Counted from the first letter of the stretch, positions 8,682 to 19,929 are shown. The stretch: DNA of 64,000 bases from Betaproteobacteria bacterium SG8_41 (GCA_001303585.1 LJTT01000006.1:7919-71918); one strand, 5' to 3'. The notes: generated by a model from the letters alone, not told the origin. Program-made: numbers and translations.

Positions 8682-9374
8682 ATGGGAAAGATGATCAGCT
8701 GCAAGCGGCCGGACGGCCAGTCCGTGTCGGGCTACCTCGCTGAGCCCGCGCAGGGCGTGGGCTCACCCGGCATCGTGGTAATCCAGGAGTGGTGGGGTCT
8801 CAACGACCAGATCAAGGGCGTCGCGGACAAACTGGCGGCGGCCGGCTACCGGGCATTGGTGCCGGATCTCTACCGCGGCAAGGTTGCGCTCGAGGCGAAC
8901 GAAGCCGAGCACCTGATGACCAACCTCAACTTCGGCGATGCCGCCGGCCAGGACGTGCGCGGCGCGGTCCAGCATCTCAAAGCCTCGGGCAGCGCGAAGG
9001 TCGGCGTGACCGGCTTCTGCATGGGCGGGGCGCTTACGCTCCTTGCGGCGGTAAACGTTCCGGAAGCGGACGCTGGCGTCGTCTGGTACGGCTACCCGCC
9101 GCTCGAATACGTCGATGCGTCCAAGATCAAGGCACCGCTGCTGGCGCACTGGGCAACCGATGATGCCGCCTTCCCGATCGCAAAGGTCGATGAGCTGGAG
9201 AAGATGTTGCAAGGGGCGAACGTCACGTTCGAGTTCCACCGCTATAACGCGAAACACGCCTTCGCCAATGAGACCGCGGATTCGAAAAACCTGCCGATCC
9301 TGAAGTACGACCCTAAGGCGGCGGAGCTCGCGTGGCGCCGGACGATGGACTTCCTCGCGAGGCACCTGAAATAA
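8682..9374 (+). CDS. dienelactone hydrolase family protein
   Basis: GIVVIQEWWGLN, nucleophile elbow GFCMGG and C-terminal His region. AGGAGGA SD at about 8671. Confidence 0.9.
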   Translation: MGKMISCKRPDGQSVSGYLAEPAQGVGSPGIVVIQEWWGLNDQIKGVADKLAAAGYRALVPDLYRGKVALEANEAEHLMTNLNFGDAAGQDVRGAVQHLKASGSAKVGVTGFCMGGALTLLAAVNVPEADAGVVWYGYPPLEYVDASKIKAPLLAHWATDDAAFPIAKVDELEKMLQGANVTFEFHRYNAKHAFANETADSKNLPILKYDPKAAELAWRRTMDFLARHLK

Positions 9375-9531
9375 CTGCTGCGGGCTCTCCGCGCTCCGTC
9401 GCCACGCTTGCCCGGAACCCAAGGCCTGTTCGATCCAAGGCGCTGCTCTGCATGCGAGTGCCGGAGCAGGCTGAATCGCTCATCCGGCAGGCTCCGCAGC
9501 GAGCGATGCGCGCGAGGACAAAAGGTCGCCC

Positions 9532-10566
9532 ATGGTAAATGCGAGTTTTTTGACTGGCGGAGATGTTGCACCGATCCGCAAGACCGGAAGGGGAATGTTT
9601 GGCGACATCACGCCGCTCTTCCAGCGCGCGGATGTGTCTTTCTTCAATCTCGAGCTGCCGCTATCCGATCGGGGCGAATCGGCACGCGGCAAAGCGATCT
9701 GTCATCGCGGCCTGCCGGTCAACGTCGACGGTATCGCCGAAGCCGGCGTCTCCTGCGTAAACCTAGCCAACAACCACGTGCTCGACTACGGTGATGTCGC
9801 GATGTTCGACACATTTGATTTGCTGGACCGAAAAAGAATCGGTCGTTTCGGCGCCGGGCGCAATATCGAGGAGGCCCGGAAGGGTTACGTCATCGACAAG
9901 AACGGGCTGCGGATTGGTTTCCTCGGCTATACCACGACGCTGCCCACGGGCTTTGCAGCGACCTCCGAGTGCCCGGGTGTCAATGCGCTACAGGTCTATA
10001 CGGCTTACCAGCCCAGGGCGAGCCTCGCCGAGTACCCCGGAACGGCGCCGCAGATCGTCACCTGGACGGATCCCCTTCACCTGCAAGCATTGCGCAGCGA
10101 CGTCGCGGCTTTCAGAAAGCAGGTCGACGTCCTGCTGATCTATGTGCATTGGGGTACGAGCATGTCGCCCCATGTTCACGACTTCCAGCGCGAGATCGCG
10201 AAAGCGGCGATCGACGCCGGCGCCCATGGGGTGTTCGGCGGGCACCAGCATGTCATGTCGGCAATCGAGTTCTATCGCGGCTGCCCCGTGGTGTATGGCT
10301 CCGCGAATCTGCTGTTCGACACCTGGACGTCCTTTTTTACCGATGAGACGCTGAAGACGTTTCTGTTTGGCGCGAGTATCGGACCGGACGGACTGAGCGA
10401 TTGCCATCTGTTGCCAGCGAAGACCGGGGTCGACGTGCCGCCTCGCCTGCTTTCCCGCCGCGATCCGCTGTGGGGGGCGATCTACGAGACCCTGCAAAGG
10501 CACAGCGGAGCGTTTGAAACACGGCTCACGGCGCGCGAAGACGCGATCGAGGTGAGCTGTAACTGA
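9532..10566 (+). CDS. CapA family (PGA_cap metallophosphatase-like) protein
   Basis: Motifs FFNLELP, NLANNHVLDYG, IYVHWG and GGHQHV. Confidence 0.8.
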   Translation: MVNASFLTGGDVAPIRKTGRGMFGDITPLFQRADVSFFNLELPLSDRGESARGKAICHRGLPVNVDGIAEAGVSCVNLANNHVLDYGDVAMFDTFDLLDRKRIGRFGAGRNIEEARKGYVIDKNGLRIGFLGYTTTLPTGFAATSECPGVNALQVYTAYQPRASLAEYPGTAPQIVTWTDPLHLQALRSDVAAFRKQVDVLLIYVHWGTSMSPHVHDFQREIAKAAIDAGAHGVFGGHQHVMSAIEFYRGCPVVYGSANLLFDTWTSFFTDETLKTFLFGASIGPDGLSDCHLLPAKTGVDVPPRLLSRRDPLWGAIYETLQRHSGAFETRLTAREDAIEVSCN

Positions 10567-10641
10567 ACGTCCCGAAACGATGCCAGGAAGCGCCGGGCGT
10601 GCTCGCCACGCGTCGCCCGCAATCACACGGTCAGGTGTCCA

Positions 10642-11193
10642 TCAATCGATCCAGCCGCCCCAAGATACGAACGGCGGCGAATTTTCGAACCATTGACATG
10701 GATAGTGCACCATTCCTGGGACCAGGCGACTCCAGACCGCGGCAACCAGGGCGAGAAGCGCGACCCCCAGTATGACGGGCTGCCACACCGCGGCCAACGA
10801 CGCGTGTGCGTGCATCACGATCAATGGGTTGGCTCCCGCAGGTGGATGCACCGTCCTGGTCACGAGCATGAAGACGAGCGTCAGTACGAGCGCGAGAACG
10901 TAGACCCAAAGCGCATCTCCAAAGAACTGAAAACAAAGAGTGCCGATGAGCACACCGCCTATGTGCCCCCCGAACAACGCGCGGGGTTGCGCTGCGGGTG
11001 CGCGAGTAAGACCAAACAAGAAGACGGCTGAACCCCCAAACGACGCGAGGAAAAGCGGTGCCGAAGGCGGATCGACAAAGCGGAGGACCAGGCTCAGCCC
11101 TAACGCTGCGCCGGCAGCTGAACAAGCAAGTCGAAAGAGGGCTTTCGCCAACTGGCGCGCTTTTCGCCGGTGACCAGATTCACTGCGCATCAT
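10642..11193 (-). CDS. HPP family membrane protein
   Basis: Polytopic hydrophobic protein with FGGSAVFLFG...AQPR..FGGH and the eponymous VHPPAGA motif. Start at the internal Met pair; the ORF is open to 11283. Confidence 0.75.
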   Translation of the reverse strand: MMRSESGHRRKARQLAKALFRLACSAAGAALGLSLVLRFVDPPSAPLFLASFGGSAVFLFGLTRAPAAQPRALFGGHIGGVLIGTLCFQFFGDALWVYVLALVLTLVFMLVTRTVHPPAGANPLIVMHAHASLAAVWQPVILGVALLALVAAVWSRLVPGMVHYPCQWFENSPPFVSWGGWID

Positions 11194-11423
11194 GATTACA
11201 TGGGCACGACCGCGCGGAACCCGACCAGCGTGGCTAGGGCGACGAAACCGGCCGTTTATAGGGCACCATTCTGCGCCTGACAAGGTCTGCCTTCAACCCG
11301 ATCAAGGCATTCGGCAGATCCGGCGCCAATAAAAACCGGTTACTCATTGGCGCCGTATGCCAAAAACGCCAAACTCGTTTATCCTTCGGCCCTTGCCATC
11401 CTCTACGCATAAAGGTCACCGAC

Positions 11424-12857
11424 ATGTATCCCAACACGCTGCTCCATATCAATGGTCAATGGTGCGCTGCCGCTTCCGGGCGCACGCTGCCGGTGGTCAA
11501 CCCGGCCAACCACAGCCAGATCGGCACGGTGGCCTTTGCCGAGAAGGCCGACCTTGATCGAGCACTTGAAGCCGCCGAGCAGGGCTTCAAGGTCTGGCGC
11601 AAGGTGTCGGCGTTCGATCGCTGCAAAATCATGCGCAAGGCGGCGGAGATCTTCCGGGAGCGCGCGGAGACGGTCGCGACCTGCATGACCTTCGAGCAGG
11701 GCAAGCCGATTGGCGAGGCGCGGCTGGAAGCGCTGGCCGGCGCCGATATCATCGAATGGTTTGCCGAAGAAGGCCGCCGCGCCTATGGCCGCGTGATTCC
11801 CGCGCGGGCCGAGGGCGTCTATCAGCTGGTGGTAAAGGAGCCGATCGGTCCGGTCGCGGCCTTTACGCCTTGGAATTTCCCGATCAACCAGGCGGTACGC
11901 AAGCTCTCGGCGGCACTGGCAACGGGCTGTTCCATCATTCTCAAAGCGCCGGAGGAGACCCCGGCCTCGCCAGCCGAGCTCGTGCGCGCGTTCGTTGATG
12001 CGGGTATCCCCGCAGGCGTGGTCAATCTCGTGTACGGAAATCCCGCCGATATTTCCAGCTACCTGATTCCGCACCCGGTGATTCGCAAAATGTCGTTCAC
12101 GGGTTCCACGGCGGTAGGCAAGCATCTTGCCGCCCTGGCGGGCCAGCACATGAAGCGCGCGACGATGGAACTGGGCGGCCACGCGCCGGTGATCGTTTTC
12201 GACGATGCCGACGTCGACATCGCAGCGAAAACGATGACATTCATGAAGTACCGCAACGCGGGCCAGGTTTGCGTCTCGCCCACGCGCTTTCTGGTGCAGG
12301 ACAAGGTTTACAAGCAGTTCGTCGAGAAATTTGTTGAAGGCACGAAAGCAGTCAAGGTGGGCGATGGTTTTGACCCGGACACCAGGATGGCGACCCTCGC
12401 CAATCCGCGCCGGCAGAGCGCAATGATCGCCAATGTCGAAGACGCGAAGAAGCACGGCGGCAAACTGCAGGCTGGAGGCTATCCCATCGGCGAGAAGGGC
12501 AACTTCTTCGAGCCGACGGTGATTACCGAGCTGTCGACTGACGCGATGGCCATGAACACCGAACCATTTGGCCCGCTGGCGATCATCAACCCGTTCAAGA
12601 CCTTCGATGACGCGGTGACGGAAGCAAATCGCCTGTCCTATGGGCTCGCGGCGTATGCCTGGACGCGCTCGGCGAAAACCGCAAATGCGATAGCGGCGCA
12701 GGTGGAGACGGGCATGATGACCATCAATCACCTGGGCTTTGCGCTGCCCGAGGTGCCGTTCGGCGGCGTGAAGGATTCGGGCTACGGCACGGAAGGGGGC
12801 AGCGAGGCGACCGAACCGTACTTGGTGTCGAAGTTTGTGACGCAAGCGGGGCTGTGA
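11424..12857 (+). CDS. NAD(P)+-dependent aldehyde dehydrogenase (succinate-semialdehyde / ketoglutarate-semialdehyde DH-like)
   Basis: 477 aa. FTPWNFP, catalytic ELGG and [15 protein letters not shown]-like TEPFGP. Confidence 0.9.
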   Translation: MYPNTLLHINGQWCAAASGRTLPVVNPANHSQIGTVAFAEKADLDRALEAAEQGFKVWRKVSAFDRCKIMRKAAEIFRERAETVATCMTFEQGKPIGEARLEALAGADIIEWFAEEGRRAYGRVIPARAEGVYQLVVKEPIGPVAAFTPWNFPINQAVRKLSAALATGCSIILKAPEETPASPAELVRAFVDAGIPAGVVNLVYGNPADISSYLIPHPVIRKMSFTGSTAVGKHLAALAGQHMKRATMELGGHAPVIVFDDADVDIAAKTMTFMKYRNAGQVCVSPTRFLVQDKVYKQFVEKFVEGTKAVKVGDGFDPDTRMATLANPRRQSAMIANVEDAKKHGGKLQAGGYPIGEKGNFFEPTVITELSTDAMAMNTEPFGPLAIINPFKTFDDAVTEANRLSYGLAAYAWTRSAKTANAIAAQVETGMMTINHLGFALPEVPFGGVKDSGYGTEGGSEATEPYLVSKFVTQAGL

Positions 12858-12889
12858 AAGCCTCTGCAGCCGTCGCGTTTCCATTTCAG

Positions 12890-12919
12890 GGCCAGCGGGA
12901 TTTTCCGCTGGCCTTTTTT
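12890..12919 (+). terminator. intrinsic terminator downstream of the aldehyde dehydrogenase gene
   Basis: GGCCAGCGG (12890-12898) pairs with CCGCTGGCC (12905-12913), followed by TTTTTT (12914-12919). Confidence 0.7.
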
Positions 12920-13253
12920 CTGGATGCAAGACGTACACGACCCGCTCGCTGGCGCACTTCTTCACGTCACCAATTGCGGGGACCGCTCCTCCTGGAATGC
13001 CGACATTCACCGGGCGTGCGGTGTCGATCCAAAGCGCTCGCTCGTTCATGTCCATGACGTCGGGGCGCAAAGCGAGCTTTCGCGACGCGCGTTTGACGGA
13101 CAGCCGCGGTCCGCGGGCATTTTCGCTGCGGCCTGGCGTTGACGGCCCCCAGAGGGTATGGTTGACTCGCCAGAGCACCTGAACTAAACGGAGGCAGCGA
13201 TTAAGACCAAAACGAAGAAGCGCCCTACGACGCGGTCCGTGCGGGCGCGCAAC

Positions 13254-14135
13254 ATGACTTTGTGCACCCTGGCCGGAGGCAGCGGCACGCTGGGATTGAA
13301 GACGGAGCGCGGTATCCTAGACGTGGCAAGAGCGTCCACCCTGTTCCGCGTCAAGGCGCCGACGGATATTCACGCCGTGATCGAAGGCGCCGATTGCGCC
13401 CCGCTCTTGAAGCTGGCGGAAAAAGCGCTCAACGACAAACGCGGCAGGAGCGTGCTCGTCCCGGAATCGCGCGCCAGGTTTGCGCCGGCCGTCCCGCGTC
13501 CGGGCAAGATCATCTGCGTCGGCCTCAACTACCGCCAGCATGCCCTTGAAACCGGCAACCCGATTCCGCCGGTGCCCATCCTTTTCAACAAGTACAACAA
13601 CACCCTCGTCGGCCATCGCGGCAAGATCCGGCTGCCGACAAAGGTGTCCTCGAAGTTCGACTACGAGGTGGAGTTGGTTGCGGTCATAGGCCGTACGGCG
13701 CGCGACGTGCCCGAGGAGAAGGCGTTGTCATACGTCTTCGGTTATGCCAATGGCAACGATTTCTCGGCGCGCGATTTGATGCGGGTCACCAGCCAGCTCA
13801 TGCTCGGCAAGACCTGCGACGATTTTGCGCCGCTTGGCCCCTACGTGGTCACCGCGGACCAGATTCCCGATCCGCAGAATCTAAGGATCGCCACCTACGT
13901 GAATGGCGAGCAGCGCCAGAACTCGAACACGGCCGACATGATTTACAGCTGCGCGCAGATCGTGAGCTACTGTTCACGCCATATGACGCTCCTGCCCGGC
14001 GACATCATCTATACCGGGACGCCGCAGGGCGTGATTCTGGGCTATCCCCCCGAGAAGCAGGTGTGGCTCAAGGCCGGCGACAAGGTCGTGACCGAAGTCG
14101 AGAAGTGCGGCCTGCTCGAGGTGACGCTGGTCTGA
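13254..14135 (+). CDS. fumarylacetoacetate hydrolase (FAH) family protein
   Basis: KIICVGLNYRQHA, DYEVELVAVIG and PGDIIYTGTPQGV. The start is ambiguous (GTG 13239 or ATG 13254). Confidence 0.85.
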   Translation: MTLCTLAGGSGTLGLKTERGILDVARASTLFRVKAPTDIHAVIEGADCAPLLKLAEKALNDKRGRSVLVPESRARFAPAVPRPGKIICVGLNYRQHALETGNPIPPVPILFNKYNNTLVGHRGKIRLPTKVSSKFDYEVELVAVIGRTARDVPEEKALSYVFGYANGNDFSARDLMRVTSQLMLGKTCDDFAPLGPYVVTADQIPDPQNLRIATYVNGEQRQNSNTADMIYSCAQIVSYCSRHMTLLPGDIIYTGTPQGVILGYPPEKQVWLKAGDKVVTEVEKCGLLEVTLV

Positions 14136-14365
14136 CGATGGCGAGTCCGGCGATGCCGGGCTGCGAGTGACGGGTCCGGGGCGCGCCGGAGACGATCGGC
14201 CCGGATGCCTCGCCGCCAGGGATCGAGTCACTACGTTTCATCTTTGGCCGTCCATATCTTGAACCCTCCCTGCGCCAATTTAGGGATTTCTTGATCTCTC
14301 TCAACATCACGAACCACCTTTAGCCGCAGACTTTGCGTTCGTAGGGTGTTTCAAAGGGAGTCCCT

Positions 14366-14683
14366 ATGGTGGACCTTACGGGTGTATTGCAGATTGCCAC
14401 GATCGTGATGCTCGCGTTGGTCGCTGTCGCGCTCTTGCGCTATCTCGTCGAGGGAGTTTCGAAAAACCGGCTGATGCGTTGCCCGGAAACGGGCGCGGTC
14501 GCGTTCATCGGCGCCGAGCGGGTCCGGCGCCGCGACGGGGAGGCGCCTGCGGTAGTTGTCCGGTCATGCGAATTCTGGCCGGAGCGGAAGGACTGTGCGC
14601 AGGGATGCCTCGCGCGCTACCATGAAACCGAAGCGGGCTATCGGGTCAGGCTCGACGCGCTGAGGCCTTTCGAGCGGCCATAG
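14366..14683 (+). CDS. hypothetical small membrane-anchored Cys-containing protein
   Basis: AAGGGAG SD. One N-terminal TM helix (VLQIATIVMLALVAVALL) followed by a soluble part with four Cys (RCPETG...SCEFW...CAQGC). I recognise no family. Confidence 0.45.
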   Translation: MVDLTGVLQIATIVMLALVAVALLRYLVEGVSKNRLMRCPETGAVAFIGAERVRRRDGEAPAVVVRSCEFWPERKDCAQGCLARYHETEAGYRVRLDALRPFERP

Positions 14684-14817
14684 TTTTTGGGCAGGAAAAG
14701 TCAGGAATCGGGCGCGATTCGGCTCGCGTGTCCGCGCGTGCTCGCACTCTTGCGAAAAGATCGGCCTCGAGCCTGCTTCCCTGGGCGGACGGTGGAACGT
14801 ATTCAGCCGCCCACTGA

Positions 14818-15816
14818 CTAGAACGTAAACTGCCTCCCCACCGCTGCCGGCGTCAGAACGTCGTCCTTGTAGACGGTGGCCAGTGCGTGCACCGCGCGCC
14901 AGCCGGTGCAATGGCACGGCACGATCCGCTTCAACGCGAAGTCGGCGAAGTCTCGAATCGTGTCTGGGATCACCGCTTCGACTTCAGCCCCCGAGAGATG
15001 GAAGCCTCCCATCACCGCATAGAGCGGCACATCTCCGAAGACGTTGCGCGCGTCCTTGAGCACGTTGATCACCCCCGCATGTGAGCACGCCGTAAACACC
15101 ACGATGCCCTTGCCTTTGACGTGCGCGGCGACATAGCGCTCATCCAGAATCAACGGGTCGGGCTCCCAGGCGCTACCGTCCTGGGCCAGTTTTACGTGCG
15201 GCGGGAGACCGCGCTCGTAAGGCGTGACCCGCGGAATCTCGCCGCTCACATAGAACACCTGCTCCATGATGGCCCGCGCATCCGGGGAATTGACGATAGC
15301 GGCGCCCCGCCTCTCGAGATCGACCGGCTTCATCACGTTCTCGGCCGGTACCACCGTCCCATTGGGCTGGCGCAGCCCGCGGGTTGCGAACATCCCCTCG
15401 TTGACATGAAAGGGCACCGGATTTCCACCGTTCGCGGACGTGACAAGACGCAACGCCTCCGGAAGGCCGCCGCCGTGGTCCCAGTGCCCGTGTGAAAGGA
15501 AGATCGCGCCGACCTCGCCAAAAGGCGTCCCCAGCCGGTCGCCGTTACGCGCGAAGGTATAAGCCTCCGGTCCGGCATCAAAAAGGAGAATCTGGATATC
15601 GCTGCCAATGCGCGCCGTAATGACCAGCGACAGGCCGTGGTTGGCGCAGCAGCGAGCGTGGCCGGACGTGACCCTCAGCCCCTTGTCTCTGAGAACGGCA
15701 TTTTCGCCCTTCACGTCCTTCGGCAGCGTGGACAGCGGGTCGGTGACGTTATCCACGAGGACGCTGATTTCCAGTGCGTCCACCGGCTTCACAGTACGTG
15801 CAACGGTTGCGCTCAT
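14818..15816 (-). CDS. MBL-fold metallo-hydrolase
   Basis: SHGHWDHGGG motif (HxHxDH variant) plus downstream His/Asp ligand regions. 332 aa. Confidence 0.85.
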   Translation of the reverse strand: MSATVARTVKPVDALEISVLVDNVTDPLSTLPKDVKGENAVLRDKGLRVTSGHARCCANHGLSLVITARIGSDIQILLFDAGPEAYTFARNGDRLGTPFGEVGAIFLSHGHWDHGGGLPEALRLVTSANGGNPVPFHVNEGMFATRGLRQPNGTVVPAENVMKPVDLERRGAAIVNSPDARAIMEQVFYVSGEIPRVTPYERGLPPHVKLAQDGSAWEPDPLILDERYVAAHVKGKGIVVFTACSHAGVINVLKDARNVFGDVPLYAVMGGFHLSGAEVEAVIPDTIRDFADFALKRIVPCHCTGWRAVHALATVYKDDVLTPAAVGRQFTF

Positions 15817-16107
15817 GGTTACCCTCCCTTGGGCTGCCCATCGCGAGACGGTGCGGGTTGCTCGCCCAACATACGCCTTTCATCACGCGAAGGGAATAAT
15901 CCAACAATCGCCTGCTGGGCTCAGCCAATCTGTTCAACTTCCTTCGCCGTAATGGGTAATGCGCATAACCCGTCACCGAGCCCGGCTTTTAAAGTCTGAG
16001 GCGCATCACCCGTTACCCGTCTCGTATTACGGATGCGCCTCTGAATTCTGACTTCCGACTTTCGAACTTGCCGTCCAGGCACTATGATGCGAGGCGGAGA
16101 GGGTGAC

Positions 16108-17307
16108 ATGGATTTTTCGCTCAACGAACAACAGCGCGGCTGGCAGATGGAAGCGCGGCGCTTTGCAGAAGAGGAGATACGGCCGATCTCGCTCGAGCGT
16201 GATCGCATTGCCGATCCCGCGGCGACAATCGACTGGGACATCATCCGGAAGGGTTCGCGGCTCGGTTTTCGCACAGCCGCCGTGCCGCGCGAATGGGGCG
16301 GTCACGGCATCGATTTTGTGACCCAGGCGGTGGTGATCGCGGAGCTCGCGCGCGGCGACAGCGCGATCGCCAAGACTTTCAGCCAGTGCTGGAAGTGGTG
16401 CCATCTGATCGCGGACCGTTGCACGCCGGAACAGCGCGACCGCTTCCTGAAACCGTTCCTGGCGGACGACACTTATCTGCTGGGCGGCGGCATCACCGAG
16501 CCCAATGCGGGTTCCGACAACCGCCTGCCGCCCCCGGACGACCCCCGCTCCGGGCTGAGATTACGGGCGGAGCGCGAGGGCGACGAGTGGATTCTCAACG
16601 GCGAGAAATGCTTTATCGCCAATGCCAACGTCGGAAAACTCTTCTTCGCCTTCACGCGCACCAACGCTGCCGCCGCGGTCGGTAACGGCACCAGCATCTT
16701 TGCGGTGCCCATCGACACGCCGGGAGTGCGGGTCGGCAAGGTCTTCAACAAGAGCGGCTGGCGCTTCTATCAGAATGCAGAGCTCATCTTCGATAACGCG
16801 CGCGTGCCCCATGCCAATCTTCTGGGGGAAGTGAACAGCGGACTCAAGGGGCACGGCGGCAAGAACGCCAGATTCGGGGAGCTCGAGTACGCCGCCAACG
16901 CGGTCGGCGTGTGCGACGCCGCGGTCGAGATGGCGACACAGTGCGCCCGCACCGCGCGCCGCGGCGGCCGGCTGCTCGCCGAGCAGCAGCTGGTTCAGCT
17001 GAAACTGTCGGAAATGCACATGTACACGGAGGCGCTGCGCTCATACGTCATGCGGCTCGCGGCGGAGAGCGACGCTGACCGGGCACAGCCCGCGCCTCAC
17101 GGTCATTTCTTGATGAATTTCTCAAGCGATGCCATTCAGCGTGTGTGCTACGCCAACCTGGCGATACACACTTATGCCGGCGGCGCAGCGATGCACTCGG
17201 GGGCGGACAAGCTCGTTCGCGATGCGATCATCTGGACGCACATCGCCGGCGACTCGGCGCAGCGGATGAAATCGTTACAGGGGCTGCTCAAGGCACAACC
17301 GGCGTGA
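16108..17307 (+). CDS. acyl-CoA dehydrogenase family protein
   Basis: MDFSLNEQQ... N-terminus, GGGITEPNAGSD, and C-terminal helical domain with IAGDSAQ. GGAGAGGG SD. Confidence 0.85.
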   Translation: MDFSLNEQQRGWQMEARRFAEEEIRPISLERDRIADPAATIDWDIIRKGSRLGFRTAAVPREWGGHGIDFVTQAVVIAELARGDSAIAKTFSQCWKWCHLIADRCTPEQRDRFLKPFLADDTYLLGGGITEPNAGSDNRLPPPDDPRSGLRLRAEREGDEWILNGEKCFIANANVGKLFFAFTRTNAAAAVGNGTSIFAVPIDTPGVRVGKVFNKSGWRFYQNAELIFDNARVPHANLLGEVNSGLKGHGGKNARFGELEYAANAVGVCDAAVEMATQCARTARRGGRLLAEQQLVQLKLSEMHMYTEALRSYVMRLAAESDADRAQPAPHGHFLMNFSSDAIQRVCYANLAIHTYAGGAAMHSGADKLVRDAIIWTHIAGDSAQRMKSLQGLLKAQPA

Positions 17308-17316
17308 ATCGGCCTT

Positions 17317-17426
17317 GAGGTTTCGAGTTTCAGGTTCAAGGTTGAGGGTTCGAGGCTGCAGGTTTATCAACGCCGCTCCGGGTCGCGGACGTTGAGCCTA
17401 AAACTTTGAACGTGGAACGTTGAACG
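17317..17426. repeat. inverted heptamer-periodic arrays (GAGGTTT CGAGTTT CAGGTTC AAGGTTG AGGGTTC ... / GTTGAGC CTAAAAC TTTGAAC GTGGAAC GTTGAAC)
   Basis: Read directly. A 7-nt period over about 7 + 5 units flanking a GC-rich core, located between convergent genes. Confidence 0.7.
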
Positions 17427-17494
17427 ACACGGGCCGCCAGCGGCCATTGAAGTCGCGCCTCATCGCCGAGGGGAAAGCGCGTCTTCTCCGATTG

Positions 17495-18286
17495 TTATTG
17501 CGCCGTCCAGCCGCCGTCCACCACGAGGCTCGCACCGGTAATGAGAGAAGCGGCGGGCGAAGCGAGAAACACGACCGCGGCCGTTACCTCGTCGAGCTGG
17601 CCGAGCCGGCCGAGGGGTATGCGATTCAGCACCCACTCGCGAAAGCGCGGCTCCTCGAAGAACGGGGCGGTCATCGGGGTCTCGATGAAGGTCGGCGCGA
17701 TCGAGTTCACGCGTATGTTGTGCGGGGCGAGCTCGACTCCGAGCGCTTTCGTCAAGCCTTCGAGCGCGTGCTTGGTCATGCAGTAGACGGTGCGCCCGGC
17801 TGCGCCGACATGGCCCATCTGCGAGGAGATGTTGACCATCGCGCCGCCGCGTTCCCTGCGGTCGGATACCTCCAGCATTTTGCGCGCGGCGGCCTGCGCC
17901 ACGAGAAACGCCGCGCGCACGTTGAGATTGAGAATGCGGTCGAGCCGCTCTTCGGTAACTTCCACGAACGGCTCCGGCATGTTCCCGCCGGCATTGTTGA
18001 TCAGGATATCCAGCCGGGGCAGCCGCGCGAACGCTTCCCGTACCTGCCTGCCATTCGTGACATCGCACACCAGCGCCTGCGCGATGCCCCCCTCCGAGCG
18101 GATGGTGTCGGCGGCCTTCTCGAGCTCGGCGCGCGTGCGGCTCACGAGGTGGACCTCCGCGCCGGCCTGCGCCAGCCCGATCGCCGCCGCGAGTCCCAGC
18201 CCGCGCCCCGCGCCCGTGACGAGCGCGACGCGGCCATCCACCCGGCAGCCCTTGAGAGCCTCCGGCAGCGAACCCGGCGCGCTCAT
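17495..18286 (-). CDS. SDR family oxidoreductase
   Basis: TGAGRGLG cofactor motif, NNAG, and the Y/K catalytic region (YCMTKHAL). Confidence 0.9.
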   Translation of the reverse strand: MSAPGSLPEALKGCRVDGRVALVTGAGRGLGLAAAIGLAQAGAEVHLVSRTRAELEKAADTIRSEGGIAQALVCDVTNGRQVREAFARLPRLDILINNAGGNMPEPFVEVTEERLDRILNLNVRAAFLVAQAAARKMLEVSDRRERGGAMVNISSQMGHVGAAGRTVYCMTKHALEGLTKALGVELAPHNIRVNSIAPTFIETPMTAPFFEEPRFREWVLNRIPLGRLGQLDEVTAAVVFLASPAASLITGASLVVDGGWTAQ

Positions 18287-19596
18287 GTGCGTTCCGGCTT
18301 CGCCCGATGGAGGCCGACGTCCCTGCCGCCATAGCGACGCAACCGCAGGTCAGCCTGCTCCTTGTGCCCCCAGAAGCGCTCAATGGCACACAGGCGCGAG
18401 CAGTAATCGCCGATCTCGACACTGGCCTCGGGTGTGCATTCCTGGTAGGTGCAAGTCTTCATGAACTTCCCGACCCACAGCCCCCCGGTGTAGCGCGCCG
18501 CGCCGCGCGTGGGCAGTGTGTGGTTGGTGCCGATGACCTTGTCGCCGTACGAGACGTTGGTCTCGGGCCCGAGAAAAAGCGCGCCGTAATTCTTCATGCG
18601 CTCGAGATACCAGCGCGGATTGCGGGTCAGCACTTCGACATGCTCGGCGGCGACGCGATCTGCCTCGCGAACCGCTTCGTCGTCGTTTGCGACCAGAATG
18701 ATCTCGCCATAATCGCGCCACGCCGCGCCCGCGACGTCGGCCGTGGGCAGCACCTTCAATTGGCGCTCGATCTCGGCCGGCAGCGCATCGGCCAGCTTGC
18801 GCGAAGTGGTGATGAGGATTGCCGGGCTGGTCGGGCCGTGCTCGGCCTGTCCCAGCAGATCGACTGCCACCATCTCGGCGTCCGCGCTGTCGTCGGCGAT
18901 CACGAGAATCTCGGTTGGCCCGGCAAGAAGGTCTATCCCGACCCGGCCAAAGAGCTGGCGTTTCGCCTCCGCGACGTAGGCGTTGCCGGGACCGACCAGC
19001 ATGTCGACAGGCGCCATGCTCTCCGTCCCCAGTGCCATTGCGGCGACGGCCTGTACGCCGCCCAGGACATGGATCTCGTCGGCGCCGCCGAGAACCATGG
19101 CCGCGATCGTCTCCGCATGCGGCTGACCGCCAGTGGGAGGCGTGCAGGCAATGATGCGCTTCACTCCCGCCACGCGCGCGGTGACGATGCTCATATGCGC
19201 AGAGGCGACCATGGGATAGCGCCCGCCGGGCACATAGCAGCCAACGCTCTCCACCGGGATGTTCCGGTGACCGAGCTTCACACCGGGGCGGATCTCCACT
19301 TCGACATCGCGCAGCGCGTCCTTCTGATGCTGCGCAAAGGTGCGGATCTGCTCCTGCGCGAACCGGATGTCCGAGAGCGTGCCTTCCGGGACGTCGCGCA
19401 TCAGCTTGTCGATTTCTCCCTGGCTCAAGCGAAAGCTCGGAGGCGACCAGCGGTCGAACTTTGCTGATAACTCGCGCACGGCCGCATCTCCGCGCTTGCC
19501 GATATCCGCGATGATCCGCTCGACGGTCTGGCGCACCTCCAGGTCGGCGGCGTCGGTTTGCGTCTGGTCGATGCGGCGCTTCAAAAAGGTAGCCAT
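18283..19596 (-). CDS. histidinol dehydrogenase (HisD) family protein, probable non-biosynthetic paralogue
   Basis: HisD-like motifs [28 protein letters not shown] and GTNHTLPT. Its stop overlaps the SDR start by 4 nt (ATGA). GGAG SD before the Met at 19596. Confidence 0.8.
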   Translation of the reverse strand: MATFLKRRIDQTQTDAADLEVRQTVERIIADIGKRGDAAVRELSAKFDRWSPPSFRLSQGEIDKLMRDVPEGTLSDIRFAQEQIRTFAQHQKDALRDVEVEIRPGVKLGHRNIPVESVGCYVPGGRYPMVASAHMSIVTARVAGVKRIIACTPPTGGQPHAETIAAMVLGGADEIHVLGGVQAVAAMALGTESMAPVDMLVGPGNAYVAEAKRQLFGRVGIDLLAGPTEILVIADDSADAEMVAVDLLGQAEHGPTSPAILITTSRKLADALPAEIERQLKVLPTADVAGAAWRDYGEIILVANDDEAVREADRVAAEHVEVLTRNPRWYLERMKNYGALFLGPETNVSYGDKVIGTNHTLPTRGAARYTGGLWVGKFMKTCTYQECTPEASVEIGDYCSRLCAIERFWGHKEQADLRLRRYGGRDVGLHRAKPERT

Positions 19597-19929
19597 GATC
19601 TGCTCCACTTGATTACCCACGGAATAACGGAAACGCCGGCCGTTTCCCGGCCGGCAACGAGGAATATTCTCAGAATTCGATACTCACCGCTGACAATTTA
19701 CTGCGCCGGATGCCGGGGGTAAACCCCCGCCGCCGGTCTCAACGCCTCCCGTCAATCACGGCGAGGCCGCGCTCTCAGAATCTACCCGGCCCTCTGGATT
19801 CGAGCGGCGGGTCCATCAATCAGTCCTTTTTGCCGCTGCGCGGCGGCCGCGGACTGCGATATGACTTAGATCAAAATTGAGCGCTGCTTCCCGGCGTATA
19901 TTGAAAACGTTGCCGGTCAAGGAGCCACC

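Noticed and set aside
12920-13238. Possible small gene between the terminator and the FAH gene (72-aa plus ORF; minus-strand frame reading MDMNERALWIDTARP...).
   Set aside because: The minus frame has no stop until deep inside the aldehyde dehydrogenase antisense. The plus ORF has poor composition and no SD.
17345-17355. tRNA-like GGTTCGA T-arm strings at 17345 and at 54775.
   Set aside because: No acceptor, D or anticodon arms can be folded around them. The first is simply a unit of the heptamer array.
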